A stretch of 64,000 bases of DNA from Ferrovibrio sp. Its GTDB lineage: Bacteria; Pseudomonadota; Alphaproteobacteria; Ferrovibrionales; Ferrovibrionaceae. A model generated the notes under the pieces. The model made no database searches. It had not been told where the DNA came from and saw only the letters and a program-made list of their open reading frames with translations. A program made the position numbers and the translations under genes. Below, piece by piece: positions 18,570 to 28,667 of the stretch (positions are counted from its first letter, which is position 1; each line of letters opens with the position of its first letter). The stretch covers positions 21,484-85,483 of the forward strand of contig NZ_DASVCJ010000020.1 in assembly GCF_036381655.1 (NCBI RefSeq), written 5' to 3'.

Positions 18570-19370
18570 ATGTCGGAAAGAAAGGCACAGCTTCGCTTCC
18601 GGGAAGCCTTCCGCATCATCCTCGTCGATGCCGACGAGGATTACCGCGATGCCGTCTGCAGCGAGCTGGCCGATCAGGGCTTCATCGTCCGCAGCATGGG
18701 ACATGGCGCCGCGCTGCTGGACTATTTCGCCCAGGGCGGCAGCGGCGAGATCGTCGTCATGGACTGGCGCCTGCCGGGCCTGTCGGGCGCCGCCCTGCTG
18801 GCGCAATTGCGCCAGCGCGGCATCGGACTGCCGGTGATCTTCCTGACCGGACTGACCGACATCGCGCATGAGAGCGAGGCGCTGGACAGCGGCGCGCTCG
18901 ATTTCGTCTCCAAGTCGCGCGGCAGCGCGATCCTGGCCAAGCGCATCCGCCTGATCCTTGCCTCCGCGCACCCTGCGGGCCGGCGGCGTCCGCCGCAGGA
19001 TTGCATCCGCCATGGCAACCTCACGCTGCGGCCGCAGGCCAGCCGCGCGCTGTGGTGCGGCCAGGATGTCGGCCTGACCGTGGCGGAATACAACATCGTG
19101 TATCTGCTGCTGCGGAATCTGGGCGAATACGTCACCTACCGGGCGATCTACGATCGCGTCCACCATGCCGGCTTCATGGCCGGGCATGGCGATGACGGCT
19201 ACCGCACGAATGTGCGCTCCTCCGTCAAGCGCATCCGCAACAAGTTCCGCGCCGTCGATCCCGGCTTTTCGCAGCTGGAGAATTTCGCCGCCTTCGGCTA
19301 TCGCTGGCGCGACGACGAGCTGCGCCCCGCCGCCGGTCAGCCGCAATCGGCAGAGCGGCTGGAAGGCTGA
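18570..19370 (+). CDS. OmpR/PhoB-family response regulator, ChvI-like
   Basis: Receiver (ILVD, VMDW, FLT, DFVSK) plus winged helix (LTVAEY, NVRSSVKRIRNKFRAVDPGF...GYRW). Confidence 0.88.
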   Translation: MSERKAQLRFREAFRIILVDADEDYRDAVCSELADQGFIVRSMGHGAALLDYFAQGGSGEIVVMDWRLPGLSGAALLAQLRQRGIGLPVIFLTGLTDIAHESEALDSGALDFVSKSRGSAILAKRIRLILASAHPAGRRRPPQDCIRHGNLTLRPQASRALWCGQDVGLTVAEYNIVYLLLRNLGEYVTYRAIYDRVHHAGFMAGHGDDGYRTNVRSSVKRIRNKFRAVDPGFSQLENFAAFGYRWRDDELRPAAGQPQSAERLEG

Positions 19371-19432
19371 CGCGCGCCTGGCGGCGGGCCGAATCCGCGG
19401 CCCGCCGCTGCAGCGCGACGCCCAATGCGGCA

Positions 19433-19891
19433 TCAGGCCGCCGGCTTGACCTCGATCCTGCGCGTTTCCGGCTTGGCGCCGGCTTTCTTGGGAATGACGA
19501 GGCTGAGCACGCCGTCCTTGCTGGTGGCGGCGATCTTCGCATCGTCGGCATCCTCCGGCAGGGCGAGCGAGCGCTCGAAACCGCCATAGGCGCGCTCGAC
19601 GCGGAGATAGTTCCTGCCCTTCTCTTCCTTCTCGCTGCTCTTCTCGCCCTTGATCGTCAGCACGCCGTTGGCCACGGAGACCTGGACGTCCTTGGCCGGA
19701 ACGCCGGGCAGTTCGGCGTCGAGCTGATACTCCTTCTCGGTTTCCTTGAAGTCGATCTTCGGCGCTTCCAGGCCGTTCCTGAAATGCAGCCGCGGCAGCG
19801 AGAAATCGTCGAAGAAGCTGCCGAAGAGGCGGTCCACCTCCTGGTGCAGCGTCGCGAGCGGGTTGGTCGGAATGATCTGCTTGTTGGTCAT
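19433..19891 (-). CDS. Hsp20/alpha-crystallin small heat shock protein
   Basis: PKIDFKETEKEY, ELPGV, ERAYGGFERSLALP and DGVLSLVIPK motifs; AGGAG SD 7 nt before ATG 19891. Confidence 0.95.
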   Translation of the reverse strand: MTNKQIIPTNPLATLHQEVDRLFGSFFDDFSLPRLHFRNGLEAPKIDFKETEKEYQLDAELPGVPAKDVQVSVANGVLTIKGEKSSEKEEKGRNYLRVERAYGGFERSLALPEDADDAKIAATSKDGVLSLVIPKKAGAKPETRRIEVKPAA

Positions 19892-19962
19892 GGTCATGCT
19901 CCTGAAATGAACGGAGGGAATTGACGCGGGCATGACGCTAGGCGGGACAAAATGTCTTTTCC

Positions 19963-19976
19963 TTAATCTAGGTCAA
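19963..19976 (-). promoter_or_regulatory. FNR/FixK-like box in the hsp20 divergent promoter
   Basis: TTGAC-CTAG-ATTAA on the - strand, two mismatches to consensus. Confidence 0.5.
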
Positions 19977-20058
19977 AGTCAGGACACAATCCGGCCGGCA
20001 TAGTGCCATCGACGACGACGAATTGGTGGTAGCGCGGCGCAGCGCAGCAGGAGGCGAG

Positions 20059-20256
20059 ATGGCAAAGCAGAATCCGATCCTATCCGAACCATCGCTCCAG
20101 GACGTGCTGGACGATGCCATCGTGGCGCTGCTGATGGAGCGCGATCATGTCGATCGCGAGCAATTCTGCCGCCTCGTCCGCCGGATGCGGCGGCATTTGC
20201 GCACCGGCCCGCCGGGAACGGCGCCGGAGCGCCGCGCGGACAGGCTGGAAGGCTGA
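20059..20256 (+). CDS. Small hypothetical protein (~65 aa)
   Basis: AGGAGG SD at 20049-20054; EPSLQDVLDDAIVALLMERDHV resembles a small Rhodospirillales protein family as I recall it. Confidence 0.65.
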   Translation: MAKQNPILSEPSLQDVLDDAIVALLMERDHVDREQFCRLVRRMRRHLRTGPPGTAPERRADRLEG

Positions 20257-20325
20257 CGGCCGGCGCAAACGCCGGGGGATTTTCCGCCAAACTCCGAGCG
20301 CGAGACCGGCGTGCGTTATTTCGCG

Positions 20326-21999
20326 TCAGTGGCGCTTGAATTTGCGGCCGGCATAGGTCGCGGCCAGCACCATGCCGGTCGACAGCAGGATCATGACGAT
20401 CCCGAGCGCCGACAATTTGCCCCACAGGCCGTCATCGGCGAAATTGAGGATGCGCACCGCCAGCACCTCGCTGCCCGGCCGCGACAGCACCACCGAGACC
20501 GAGAGTTCGCGGATGAACATGGTGGCCATCAGAATCCAGGCCGAGACGATGCCCGGCAGCACCAGCGGCGCCACGATGCGCCGCATGGTGGTCAGCGGCG
20601 GCGCGCCGCAGACCTGCGAGGATTCCTCCAGATGCGCATGCACCTGCACGAAGGCGCTTGTCAGCGGCCGCACGCCGTAAGGCAGATAGGCGGCGATATA
20701 GGCGAGCATCATGGCGGTCAGCGTCGCATAGAGCGGCGTCTGGACGAAGAACCACATGAAGCCGATGCCGATGACGATGCCGGGGAAAGAAAACGACAGG
20801 AAGGTGAGCATTTCCAGCAGGCCCGCCGCCTTGGTGCGCAGCTTCACGGTGACATAGGCGGCGAAGAGCGACAGCAATACGCCGAGCGATGCGCCGACGA
20901 TGGCGAGGATCAGGCTGTTCTGCAGCGCCCGCATTGTGATGTCGTCATGGACCATCTCGATCCAGTTCTGCCAGCTCATCAGCGCCAGGGCGCGGGCGCC
21001 AGGCACCATCGAATAGGGCAGCAGCGAGGTATAGAACAAAGCGCCGACCGGAATGACGATCATCAGCAGGCATAACAGGGCGACGACGACGAAAAGCGGC
21101 AGGCGCGCGCCTTTCAGGTCGATGATCGCCGGCTTGAAGCCGCGGCTGGATATGGTGACGAACTTGCCGCCCTCCGCGGTCAGCGCGCGGTAGAGCACGA
21201 TCAGCAGGATGGAGGCCGACAGCACGCTCATGCCGAGCGCCGCGGCCTGGCCGTAATCCGGCGCGAAGCCGGTGGAGATCATCTCGTAGAGATAAGTCGC
21301 CAGCACGTCGACCCGGCCCGGCGTGCCCAGGGCGCGCGGCACCGCGTAGGAGGCGAGCGCCCGCACGACGCAGAGGGTGAAGGCGGCAAGGATCGCCGGC
21401 CGCAGGATCGGCAGGGTGATGCGGCGCAGCGTCGTCAGGGTGCCGGCGCCGCTGACCCGCGAGGATTCCTCGAGCGAAACGTCGAAGGCGCCCATCGCCG
21501 GCGCGATGACCAGATAGGCGATCGGCAGGTTCAGCAGGCCTTCGACGAAGATCATGCCGCCGATCGAATAGATGTTGATCGGCGACTGCTCGAGCCCGAA
21601 GGCGCCGCGCAGAACGAGGTTCATCAGGCCGTTCGACGGATTCAGCAGCAGCGCCCAGCTGATGGCGAACAGCAGATGCGGAATCATCATCGGAACGATG
21701 GACAGCAGGGTGAAGGCGCCCTTCCAGGGAATGTTGGTGCGGGTGTTGAGATAGGACAGGAAGATCGCCAGCACCGTGCTGAACAGCGAGGCGCCGAGGA
21801 CGAAGACCAGCGTGTTGACGATCACCCCGGCCAGCGCCGGATCGGTATAGGCGGCGACGTATTTATGCGCGGTGAAGGCGCCGAAGGCGGTCAGCCCCTG
21901 CGAAAAGCTGCCGGCCAGCAGCATCAGCACCGGGCAGAGCGTGAGGAAACCGACGATGGCGATCAGCAGCCAGACGAGCTGCGCGCGGGTCCTGGTCAT
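20326..21999 (-). CDS. ABC transporter permease, FbpB/iron(III)-thiamine type (two EAA modules)
   Basis: LEESSRVSGA and LEESSQVCGA loops; start 21999 after the ATPase stop. Confidence 0.9.
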   Translation of the reverse strand: MTRTRAQLVWLLIAIVGFLTLCPVLMLLAGSFSQGLTAFGAFTAHKYVAAYTDPALAGVIVNTLVFVLGASLFSTVLAIFLSYLNTRTNIPWKGAFTLLSIVPMMIPHLLFAISWALLLNPSNGLMNLVLRGAFGLEQSPINIYSIGGMIFVEGLLNLPIAYLVIAPAMGAFDVSLEESSRVSGAGTLTTLRRITLPILRPAILAAFTLCVVRALASYAVPRALGTPGRVDVLATYLYEMISTGFAPDYGQAAALGMSVLSASILLIVLYRALTAEGGKFVTISSRGFKPAIIDLKGARLPLFVVVALLCLLMIVIPVGALFYTSLLPYSMVPGARALALMSWQNWIEMVHDDITMRALQNSLILAIVGASLGVLLSLFAAYVTVKLRTKAAGLLEMLTFLSFSFPGIVIGIGFMWFFVQTPLYATLTAMMLAYIAAYLPYGVRPLTSAFVQVHAHLEESSQVCGAPPLTTMRRIVAPLVLPGIVSAWILMATMFIRELSVSVVLSRPGSEVLAVRILNFADDGLWGKLSALGIVMILLSTGMVLAATYAGRKFKRH

Positions 22000-22012
22000 C
22001 GCGGGCGGCCCG

Positions 22013-23116
22013 TCACGCCGACAGCAGCAGGCAATGGGCCGGATCGATCGCCATCCGCACCGTATCGCCCTGGCGCACGGCGACATCGGGATCGATCCGC
22101 GCCAGCAGCCGCTCGCCGGCGACGGCGATTTCCGCCTCGTAGACCTCGCCGACGAATTCGAGCGCTTCGATCCTGCCCTCGAGCGCGGTCTTTCCCTCCG
22201 GGGCGGCGGCGCGGCTGGTGATATGGATGAATTCCGGGCGGATGCACAGCGTCGCCCGGCTGCCCGCGGGCAACTCGCGCCGCTGGCAGGCGATGGTGCC
22301 CATGCCGGTCTCGGCCAGGGTGATGCCGTCCTCGTGCCGCAGCACCGTCGCCTCGATCTGGTTGGCGCGGCCGATGAAATCGGCGACGTAGCGATGGCGG
22401 GCGTTGAAATAGATGTCCTGCGGCGTGCCCATCTCGACGATCCTGCCGGCGCGCATGACCGCGATGGTGTCCGACAGCGCCAGCGCTTCGACCCGGTCAT
22501 GCGTGACGTAGATCGCGGTGATGTCGAGTTCGTCGAGGAAGCGGCGCAATTCCCTGCGGGTCTCCTCGCGCAGCTTGGCGTCGAGATTGGACAGCGGCTC
22601 GTCGAACAAAATGACCCGGGGTTCGGCGACGAGCGCCCGCGCCAGGGCGACGCGCTGCTGCTGGCCGCCCGACAGCTTGGTGGCGGAGCGGCGCTCGACG
22701 CCTTCGAGCTGCACGAAGCGCAGCGCCTTGGCGACCTTCTCGCGGATCAGCGCGGCATCCATCTTCCGCACCTGCAGCGGATAGGCGATGTTGTCGAACA
22801 CGCTCATATGCGGCCAGATCGCATAGGTCTGGAACACCATGCCGAGGCCGCGCTTTTCCGGCGGCACGAAGATGCCCTTGCGGCTGGACCAGACGACCTC
22901 GCCGCCGATGCTGATCTCGCCCTCGTCCGGCGTCTCCAGGCCGACGATGCAGCGCAGCAGCGTGGTCTTGCCGCAGCCGCTCGGCCCGAGCAGGGTGAAG
23001 AAGGTGTTGGCGGGAATGCTCAGGTCGACATGATCGAGGGCGGCGACCGTCTTGCCGTCGGAGGTGAAATACTTGCACAGGCCTTCGATTCGGATGTCCA
23101 TCTTTGCCATCCCCAT
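22013..23116 (-). CDS. ABC transporter ATP-binding protein (PotA/FbpC type with TOBE)
   Basis: GPSGCGKTT, LSGGQQQRVALAR, LFDEPLSNLDA and YVTHD motifs. Confidence 0.95.
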   Translation of the reverse strand: MGMAKMDIRIEGLCKYFTSDGKTVAALDHVDLSIPANTFFTLLGPSGCGKTTLLRCIVGLETPDEGEISIGGEVVWSSRKGIFVPPEKRGLGMVFQTYAIWPHMSVFDNIAYPLQVRKMDAALIREKVAKALRFVQLEGVERRSATKLSGGQQQRVALARALVAEPRVILFDEPLSNLDAKLREETRRELRRFLDELDITAIYVTHDRVEALALSDTIAVMRAGRIVEMGTPQDIYFNARHRYVADFIGRANQIEATVLRHEDGITLAETGMGTIACQRRELPAGSRATLCIRPEFIHITSRAAAPEGKTALEGRIEALEFVGEVYEAEIAVAGERLLARIDPDVAVRQGDTVRMAIDPAHCLLLSA

Positions 23117-23213
23117 ACGCCATCAACGGGCGCGATGAACAGGCGCAACAAACAGGACGGCGCGGGCGGGTTTCCGCGACCGCGCCGCCTGCCGGCGATA
23201 TCGGTTTCGATCG

Positions 23214-24233
23214 TCAGCGCGTCGCGAAGATCGCGGCGAACTCACGTCCCCAGGTCTTGAATTCGTCGTCGGAGAGATCGCGGACCGGCTTCACTTCCAC
23301 CTTGTCGATCCCCTCGATCTGCGGGAACACGCCCGGCGCCAGCACGTATTCGCCGACCTTGCTGGCCAGTAGCTGCATCGCCTCCTTGCTCAGCCAATAG
23401 TCAATGAACACCTTGGCGGCCTTGGGATGCGGCGCGTTCTTGGTCAGCGCGATGGTGCGGGCGGTGCCGAAGAGCGGGCCGGAACGCGGACCCCAGTCGA
23501 GCGGCGCCGGCGCCTTGGTGACGATGTATTTCGGCATCGAGATGCCGATCAGCCGCTCGCCGCTGGCGATCGGCGCGGGCGTCGGGCCGAAGGATTCGAC
23601 GAACATCGGCTGGTTGGCGGCGAGGCCCTTGAGGAATTCGCGCCACTTCGCTTCCGACTTGAACACCTGCTCCTTGAGCGCCACGAGCCAGCCGATGGTA
23701 GAGGCATGGGTGGCCGGATTGGCCATGACGATCTTGCCCTTCCATTTCGGATTGGCAAGATCCTCGTAGGTCGCGGGCGCGTCGGCCTTCTTCACATGGT
23801 CGGTATTGTAGAGATAGGAGACATACTCGACCCCGAAATGGGTCATGGTCTCCTTCTCCGTCGCCCAGGCCGGATAGCCCTTGGCGGAGGGCGAGCGATA
23901 GGGCAGCAGAACCTTGTTCTGATCCAGCAGCTCGATCATCGGGCGCGGCGCCTGCACGGCATCGGCCAGCAGCTTGCCGGCGCCCGCCTCGGTCAGGATG
24001 GTGGGGATGAACTTGGAGCTGGAGATGCGGGTATATTCGCCCTTGACCCCGGTCGCCTTGGCAAAGGCCGCCATCACCGCGTCGACGCCGGTGATGTTGG
24101 CGTAGAACACCGCCCGCCCCTCCGTCTCGGCCGCCATCGCCTCGAAAGCGAGCGGCGACAGGCCGGACAGACCGGCGGCGCCGGCGCCCGCCGCCGAAAG
24201 CTTCAGAAATTCCCTGCGATCGAACACGGTCAT
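23214..24233 (-). CDS. ABC substrate-binding protein with Tat signal peptide
   Basis: FDRREFLK twin-arginine motif; DLANPKWKGKIVMANP cluster-D SBP signature. Confidence 0.9.
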   Translation of the reverse strand: MTVFDRREFLKLSAAGAGAAGLSGLSPLAFEAMAAETEGRAVFYANITGVDAVMAAFAKATGVKGEYTRISSSKFIPTILTEAGAGKLLADAVQAPRPMIELLDQNKVLLPYRSPSAKGYPAWATEKETMTHFGVEYVSYLYNTDHVKKADAPATYEDLANPKWKGKIVMANPATHASTIGWLVALKEQVFKSEAKWREFLKGLAANQPMFVESFGPTPAPIASGERLIGISMPKYIVTKAPAPLDWGPRSGPLFGTARTIALTKNAPHPKAAKVFIDYWLSKEAMQLLASKVGEYVLAPGVFPQIEGIDKVEVKPVRDLSDDEFKTWGREFAAIFATR

Positions 24234-24893
24234 CGTTTTCTCCCCTGACTTCAGCCTGCCTGCGGATAGTCAGCCGGCCGACCCGAATGTTTTGTCAAAT
24301 GCCGCGGCAGCCTAGGTTTTCCGGTTTTCGAGTGTCAATCCTTTTATCGCCGGCGCGGCGCGGCGCAACCGGCTCTTCGCGGCATGGCCGCGCGATGGAT
24401 GAAAGCGTGCGACGACCGCGCTTCGCGCGATGGTGGAAGCCATCCTCTGCGGCGCTCTCTTTGGCATGTGCCGATGCTGCGCTCCGCTTGGACGATGCAA
24501 TTGGACGATGCGGCGGGCGGCCCTCGGCGCCGCCGAAGAGCGATAACCCCGGGTCATTTATTCAGCGCCGGCATTCCACGTCGTCATTCTCTGGAGCCGG
24601 ATTCTCTGGGGCCCGGATTCTCACGTCATTAATTCCCTGGAGCCGGCATTGTCGTAAAAGCGCCTGCGCTGCGGCTTCCGCCTGCCGGGCGCGGCTTTTT
24701 TATGCCGAAACCGGGATCCGGCCCTGCATCGCCCTTTAAATAACTGAAAAATAATGATATATTGTCACTTTCGTACCCGGCGAATGTTGCAGGCGAGATG
24801 GATGGCCCCGATAGCGGGGCCGGGGCGCTTTTAACGCGGTAAAAATGGCCCAGCTTTAGCTAAACCCCTGGCACAAAAAGCCTCTTGGGGTGT

Positions 24894-24922
24894 ATGTCAT
24901 TAAATTGTAATAATTCTGCAAC
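24894..24922 (+). promoter_or_regulatory. Pho box (PhoB site)
   Basis: 11-bp-period repeats ATGTCAT-TAAA-TTGTAAT-AATT-CTGCAAC, 43 bp upstream of a phosphate symporter. Confidence 0.75.
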
Positions 24923-24964
24923 GTTCGCCCCGCGCCGGGGATCCCCGGCTTTGGAGAGGCTCTG

Positions 24965-26740
24965 ATGGAATCGTATGGCGCCACTGAATTGCTGCTTGAT
25001 CTGATGGCCGGAGTGGCGCTGCTGCTCTGGGGCGTACGCATGGTGCGCACCGGCATGACGCGCGCCTTCGGCGCGCAGCTGCGGCGCTATCTCGGTCAGG
25101 CCCTGCGCCGGCCGCTGCAGGCCTTCGTCGCCGGCATCGGCGTGACCGCCCTGCTGCAATCGAGCACGGCGACGGCGATGATCGTCTCGTCCTTTGCCGG
25201 CCGGGGACTGATCCGCGGCGTCGCCGCCATCGCCGTGCTGCTGGGCGCCGGCATCGGCACGTCGATCTCGGCGCAGTATCTTTCGCTCGACCTGCATTGG
25301 CTCGGTCCGCTCTGCCTGCTGGCCGGCGTGATCGGTTTCTTCAGTTTCGAAGGCGGCCAGCCGCGCCATATCGGCCGGCTGCTGATCGGGCTCGGCCTGA
25401 TGCTGCTGTCCCTGCAGATGATCTTCGCCGCCTCGGCGCCGCTGCGCGATTCGCCGGCGCTGACGCTGGTCCTGCAGCCGCTCGAACAGGCGCCGTTCCT
25501 GGCCGTCATCCTGTTCGCGCTGCTCACCTGGCTGTCGCACGCCAGCCTCGCCACCGTGCTGCTGGTGGCATCGCTGGCCAAATCCGGCACCGTCGATGCG
25601 CCGCTGGCGATCGCGCTGGTGCTCGGCGCCAATCTCGGCACGGCGATCTCGCCTTTCGTCGCCGCCAGCGGCCAGCCGCCGGCGGCGCGGCGCGCCCAGC
25701 TGGCCAACCTGATCGCCCGCGTCGTGCTCGTCGTCGCGATGCTGCCGCTGCTGCCGCAAATGCCAAGCTGGCTCGGCGTATTCGGCATCGACCCGGCGCG
25801 CCTGACGGTGAACGCGCATACCGCCTTCAATATCGCCATGGCCGTCGCCTTCCTGCCGCTGCTGCGCCCGCTGGATTACCTGGCGCGCCGCCTGCTGCCC
25901 GACCTGCCGGCCAGCGACGACAGCCTGCGGCCGCGCTATCTCGACGAATCCGTGCTGGATACGCCGAGCGTGGCCCTGGCCGCAGCGGCGCGCGAGACCC
26001 TGCGCATGAGCGACATCGTCTCCCGCATGCTGGACGAGACCATGATGGTGTTCAGCCGCGACGACGCCAAGCTGGCCAAAGCGGTGGAGCATAGCGACGA
26101 CACCGTCGACCGCCTGCACGAGGCGATCAAGCTGTATCTGACCGAGGTGTCGAAGCACGGCATGGACGAGGCCGAAAGCCGCCGCTATGTCGATGTGCTC
26201 ACCTTCACCACCAATCTGGAGCATATCGGCGACATCATCGACAAGAACCTGATGGAGCTGGCGCAGAAGAAGATCAAGAACAAGCTGGCCTTCAGCCGCG
26301 AGGGCCTGGCCGAGCTGACCGCCTTCCATCACCGCGTCGCCGCCAATCTGCAGATGGCCTGCAACCTGTTCATGTCCGGCGACGTGAAGCTGGCGCGGCA
26401 GTTGCTGCAGGAGAAGGCGAGCATCCGCGAAGCCGAGCAGACCGCCGCCGAGCATCATTACCAGCGCATCCGCGAAGGCCGCGCCGAAACCATCGAAACC
26501 AGTTCGATCCATCTCGACGTGATCCGCGATCTGAAACGGATCAACAGCCATCTGACGGCGGTGGCCTATCCCATCCTGGAACAGGCCGGCGAACTCAGCG
26601 CCACCCGCCTGCGCGGCGCCGACCAGCCGCAGCCGGCCAGCGACGAGACCGGCGACGAGACCGGCGACGAGACCGGCGCCGAGGCCGGCGCGGACGAGGC
26701 GGTGAAGCCCGGCAAGTCCGGCTCGGCGCGCCTGGCGTGA
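24965..26740 (+). CDS. Na+/Pi cotransporter family protein with PhoU-like C-terminal domains
   Basis: TALLQSSTAT, LGAGIGTS, SHASLATV, LGANLGTA and LEHIGDII motifs. Confidence 0.95.
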   Translation: MESYGATELLLDLMAGVALLLWGVRMVRTGMTRAFGAQLRRYLGQALRRPLQAFVAGIGVTALLQSSTATAMIVSSFAGRGLIRGVAAIAVLLGAGIGTSISAQYLSLDLHWLGPLCLLAGVIGFFSFEGGQPRHIGRLLIGLGLMLLSLQMIFAASAPLRDSPALTLVLQPLEQAPFLAVILFALLTWLSHASLATVLLVASLAKSGTVDAPLAIALVLGANLGTAISPFVAASGQPPAARRAQLANLIARVVLVVAMLPLLPQMPSWLGVFGIDPARLTVNAHTAFNIAMAVAFLPLLRPLDYLARRLLPDLPASDDSLRPRYLDESVLDTPSVALAAAARETLRMSDIVSRMLDETMMVFSRDDAKLAKAVEHSDDTVDRLHEAIKLYLTEVSKHGMDEAESRRYVDVLTFTTNLEHIGDIIDKNLMELAQKKIKNKLAFSREGLAELTAFHHRVAANLQMACNLFMSGDVKLARQLLQEKASIREAEQTAAEHHYQRIREGRAETIETSSIHLDVIRDLKRINSHLTAVAYPILEQAGELSATRLRGADQPQPASDETGDETGDETGAEAGADEAVKPGKSGSARLA

Positions 26741-26792
26741 CGATGGCGTAGCTGTCGAAGCCGCGCCCGCCGCCCAGGCGGGCCGCCGGTAT

Positions 26793-27611
26793 TCAGTCGA
26801 TCAGATTGCCGTTCGCATCGAAGAATGGATGCGGCCCGTCGTAATCGCCGATCACCGCGGTATGGGTGACGAGCTGCCCGTCATGCCACCAATGCAGCAT
26901 GAAGCCCGGCGGCTCCATGCAAAAGCAGCTCGGCGCGTTTTCATCGATGTCGAGGGCGACCTGATGTGCCGGGCTGGGACAGGTCAGCGCCGGCCGGCCG
27001 CCGACATCGGCGCGGATCACCCGGTGCAGATGGCCGCACAGGATGAGCTGCACCTGCGGATGCCGCGCCATGATCTCGGCGAAGCCCTCGCGGCCTTTCA
27101 GGCCGATCTTGTCCATATGGCCGATGCCGGTGACGAACGGCGGATGATGCATCATCACCAGGGTCGGCGCATCGGGCCGCTGCGCCAGCGTCCGGTCGAG
27201 CCAGCCGAGCCGTTCGCCGCAGAGTTCGCCGCCGCCCTCGCCCGGCACCAGGGTGTCGAGGCCGACGATGCGCAGCGGATAATCGTCGTCGATGGCGAAT
27301 TGCAGGAAGCCGTCCGGCGGCAGATAGCCTTCCGGCGCGAAGGCGGCGCGCATGCTGTCGCGGCTGTCATGGTTGCCGGGGATGGCGATGATGCGCTGGG
27401 GCAACGGCGCGAGGATTTCCTTCAGATGGGCATATTCCTCGGGCCGGCCGAGATCGACCAGGTCGCCGGTGAACAGGATCAGGTCGGGCTGCGGCTTCAA
27501 AGCCTGCAATTCCGCGACGCAGCGGCGCAGCATCGCGGCGGTATCGACCTTCTTGTAGGCCAGCCGGCCGGGCAGCTTGATATGGGTGTCGGTGATCTGG
27601 GCGATCAGCAT
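26793..27611 (-). CDS. Calcineurin-like metallophosphodiesterase (CpdA/Icc/GpdQ type)
   Basis: ITDTH, FTGDLVD, IPGNHD, MMHHPP and LCGHLH motifs. Confidence 0.93.
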   Translation of the reverse strand: MLIAQITDTHIKLPGRLAYKKVDTAAMLRRCVAELQALKPQPDLILFTGDLVDLGRPEEYAHLKEILAPLPQRIIAIPGNHDSRDSMRAAFAPEGYLPPDGFLQFAIDDDYPLRIVGLDTLVPGEGGGELCGERLGWLDRTLAQRPDAPTLVMMHHPPFVTGIGHMDKIGLKGREGFAEIMARHPQVQLILCGHLHRVIRADVGGRPALTCPSPAHQVALDIDENAPSCFCMEPPGFMLHWWHDGQLVTHTAVIGDYDGPHPFFDANGNLID

Positions 27612-27620
27612 GGCGCTTCC

Positions 27621-28667
27621 TCACAGCACGAGCAGGTTCTGCGCGGCGATTTCCAGGCCGACCGCCTCGCCATGGGCGAAATCGCGCCGCTCGCTGCTCT
27701 CGACCACCAGCGGCTGCGCCTCGCCGACCTCGACGAACAGGCGGGTCCGGTCGCCGAGGAAAAAGGCGGCGGCGACGGTGCCGCGCAGCGGCGCCGCATC
27801 GGGCGCGGCGATGCGGATATCCTCGGGCCGGAACAGCACTTCCACGGCGCCGGCCGGGGCCCCGGCCCAGGCGAAGCGGCCGGCGGCGCAGACGAAGGCG
27901 CCGCCTTCCGCGCGGCCGCTCAGGCGGTTCATCGTGCCGATGAAATCGGCGACAAAGCGCGAGGCCGGCTTGCGGTAGATGTCGCGCGGATGCCCGACCT
28001 GGGCGACGCGGCCATGTTCCATCACCACGATGCGGTCGCCCAGCGCCATCGCCTCGGCCTGATCATGCGTCACGTAGATGGCGGTGATCCCCAGACTGCG
28101 CAGCAAGGTGTCGATCTCCAGCCGCAGGGTATCGCGCAGCTTGGCGTCCAGGGCGGTCAGCGGCTCGTCGAGCAGCAGCGCGCGCGGCCGCACGGCAAGC
28201 GCGCGGGCAAGCGCGACGCGCTGGCGCTGGCCGCCGGAAAGCTGGTCGATATTGCGGTCCGCCAGCTTTTCGATGCGCATCATCGCCAGCATTTCGGCGG
28301 TGCGGGCGCGGATCTCTGCGGCCGGCAGCTTGCGGATGCGCAGGCCATAGCCGATGTTTTCCGCCACCGTCATGTTGGGAAACAGCGCGTAGGACTGGAA
28401 CACCATGCCGACATTGCGCTTCTCGATCGCCAGGCCGGTGACGTCCTGCCCGTCGAACAGGACGCGGCCGCCGGCATCGGGCGCCTCCAGGCCGGCGATG
28501 ATGCGCAAGGTGGTGGTCTTGCCGCAGCCCGAGGGCCCGAGGAAGACGACGGTCTCGCCGGCCGCGATCTCGAGATTCAGCGGCTCCAGCGCACGGGTGC
28601 CGTCGGCAAAGGTCTTGGCGCAATGCTCGAGGCGGATTGCCAGCGGGCTCTGGTTCGCAGTCATCAT
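27621..28667 (-). CDS. ABC transporter ATP-binding protein (PotA type)
   Basis: GPSGCGKTT, LSGGQRQRVALAR and LLDEPLTALD motifs. Confidence 0.95.
   Translation of the reverse strand: MMTANQSPLAIRLEHCAKTFADGTRALEPLNLEIAAGETVVFLGPSGCGKTTTLRIIAGLEAPDAGGRVLFDGQDVTGLAIEKRNVGMVFQSYALFPNMTVAENIGYGLRIRKLPAAEIRARTAEMLAMMRIEKLADRNIDQLSGGQRQRVALARALAVRPRALLLDEPLTALDAKLRDTLRLEIDTLLRSLGITAIYVTHDQAEAMALGDRIVVMEHGRVAQVGHPRDIYRKPASRFVADFIGTMNRLSGRAEGGAFVCAAGRFAWAGAPAGAVEVLFRPEDIRIAAPDAAPLRGTVAAAFFLGDRTRLFVEVGEAQPLVVESSERRDFAHGEAVGLEIAAQNLLVL

Noticed and set aside
24868-24885. Sigma-54 promoter (TGGCAC) upstream of the Na/Pi gene
   Set aside because: No TTGC at the -12 position; the Pho box explains the region better
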